Below, piece by piece: positions 58,501 to 60,541 of a stretch of 60,541 bases of DNA. Numbering within the stretch: the first letter of the stretch is position 1; the number at the start of each line of letters is the position of its first letter. The translations under genes and the position numbers were made by a program. Source of the stretch: Octopus bimaculoides (taxonomy: Eukaryota); NCBI RefSeq assembly GCF_001194135.2, contig NC_069009.1, positions 8,853,878-8,914,418 on the forward strand. The letters are read 5' to 3'. Below the pieces are notes generated by a model. That model had not been told where the DNA came from. It searched no databases and saw only the letters and a program-made list of their open reading frames with translations.

Positions 58501-58957
58501 CTAAGCCACTTCATAAACTTCCAATGACAGTTACAATGGATCACATAAAGTTGTAGTCACTCATTATAAACTCACTATAGTCCTCCACTCTACCATTACA
58601 GCTGCTGACAATCTACAGACATCCAAGGTCACATCTAGAGAGACTTGTAAGAGGCGATTGTGCTGGGACCTTCATCTACAAGAATAGGAAGTCCTTCCAC
58701 TAAATTCCCTGTACTTATATATTGGTGAATCTATTTAATCTTTTCTCTTATATTAATTTATTCATTAGGTTCTGATGAAATGATCATGTGGTTTATGTTA
58801 CATAATCAATATTACATAATCATTGCTTGCATTCATGATTTTCCAAGTTGTTAAAATGATTTGATTCATGTTGTTGAAACGGCTGTAACCAAGAAATAAA
58901 TGTGATGCCAGTACCTCTATTCTTTTACTTGTTACATACATACATACACACACATGT

Positions 58958-59012
<55 letters not shown>

Positions 59013-59355
59013 TACATACATACATACATATATACACACATATATTATTCAAAGCAGTTTGATTTGTATTTCCTGCTACTTCAAGTTTCGATGCCTTTAA
59101 TGAGGCCTTTCTTGTCCAGCTGGTAGGAATCCAAATGACCAGAAAAGTACAGGAAGTCCAATATGGCTACCAATAGATGGGTTGCAATTGGTCAAGGAAG
59201 GTCATGTGATGTCACAATTGATAGTAGTTACATGAATGAAAAGAGTTTCTTTGGCTGCATGGGTGAGCAGGAATTGGTGGCAACAGTGATCTGGGTATAG
59301 AATCAGTGGTGCTGGTAAGCATATGAGCTTATGTGTACATGTGTATATGTATACA

Positions 59356-59390
<35 letters not shown>

Positions 59391-59582
59391 NNNNNNNNNN
59401 NNNNNNNNNNNNNNNNNNNNNNNNNNNNNNNNNNNNNNNNNNNNNNNNNNNNNNNNNNNNNNNNNNNNNNNNNNNNNNNNNNNNNNNNNNNNNNNNNNNN
59501 NNNNNNATACACACATGCATATATACCCACACATTTGCACAAATGTATACATACACAATACATATGCATACATGCACATACA

Positions 59583-59628
<46 letters not shown>

Positions 59629-60137
59629 AATATGGTTATATAAATTGAAGAGAAAGAGGACATCTATGGACCATTCATAAGGAGTTTGCAAATCCAGTAC
59701 TCAGGATACAAACCAGCCTGTCTGGAGCAAAGTACAGCTGAACTTGGTATTTTGAGGAGAGAAAGCAAATCCTTAATTTATGCACCATGAATGACCATGA
59801 TATCTGGGACCATAAAAATCTGCAAGACCTTCGTAAGATTCAAAGGATGATGGCTAAATCATCAAATTACCTCCCCTCCTCCTTTCCATCTTGCTCTCTC
59901 TTTCATCCTCTCCCTGTCACCCCCTTTCCTATCTCACTCATATAATCATCCTTCCAACAAACGCTCCTGGTAAATTAGTCAATCTTGCAGGATTATTATT
60001 ATGTTTTTGTCTTCCTAAGCCATTCTAAAGGATACAACTTTTCAAGAATTCCTCCTTGCATATCATGTAGTCCCCAGTTTTTCATTCCAGTTTTTTCCAT
60101 TTTTACTGCAACAAAAAGCTTGGGTGTGAAAATTGAC

Positions 60138-60300
60138 ACAGGCATGGCTGAGTGTGTAAGAAACTTACTTCTCAACCATGTGGTTTCAGGTTCAGTCCCA
60201 CTTCAGGGCTCCTTGGGCAAGTGTCTTCTACTATAGTCTTGGGCCAACCAAAGCCTTATGAATGGATTTGATAGCTGGAACTGAAAGAAGCCTATTGTAT
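60138..60300 (+). mobile_element. SINE family A head
   Basis: Matches the consensus head. Confidence 0.8.
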
Positions 60301-60303
60301 ATA

Positions 60304-60541
60304 TCATCATCATCATCATCATCGTTTAACGTCCGCTTTCCATGCTAGCATGGGTTGGACGATTTGACTGAGGACTGGTGAAACCGGATGGCAACACCAG
60401 GCTCCAGTCTGATTTGGCAGAGTTTCTACAGCTGGATGCCCTTCCTAACGCCAACCACTCAGAGAGTGTAGTGGGTGCTTTTACGTGTCACCCGCACGAA
60501 AACGGCCACGCTCGAAATGGTGTCTTTTATGTGCCACCCGC
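60304..60541 (-). mobile_element. RTE LINE 3' UTR/tail, continuing beyond the window
   Basis: (CAT)n-CGTTTAACGTCCGCTTTCCATGC.. closely matches 1297-1500. Confidence 0.85.

Overview
This is a 60.5-kb eukaryotic window, AT-rich and saturated with microsatellites, with about 15 N-gaps. The repeat families (bipartite tRNA-derived SINEs, RTE LINEs with (GAT)n tails, K02A2.6/Mag-like Gypsy elements) look like those of an Octopus genome; that is my inference from recognition, not a database hit. Most of the window is transposon debris: RTE and R4/Dong-type LINEs, two Gypsy elements, Tc1/mariner/maT DNA transposons, Helitron/Helentron-type elements, Penelope fragments and many SINEs. The best host-gene candidate is on the + strand: two large phase-compatible exons (48832-50167 and 56125-57353) join into an 854-aa low-complexity/coiled-coil protein. 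A CpG-rich, possibly bidirectional promoter with an RFX X-box lies near 30 kb, and weaker minus-strand exon candidates lie near 10.4 and 12 kb. Notable structures are two minimal type I hammerhead ribozyme folds (53354-53390, 54331-54370), a perfect 37-bp inverted repeat enclosing TTAGGG repeats, and a 400-bp foldback near exon 2. A Gypsy element sits with a 5-bp TSD just before the catalytic PD motif of an RLE retroelement, and a CCAAT-N9-E-box motif occurs three times with identical spacing. I found no rRNA, true tRNA or CRISPR features. Repeat boundaries are approximate.
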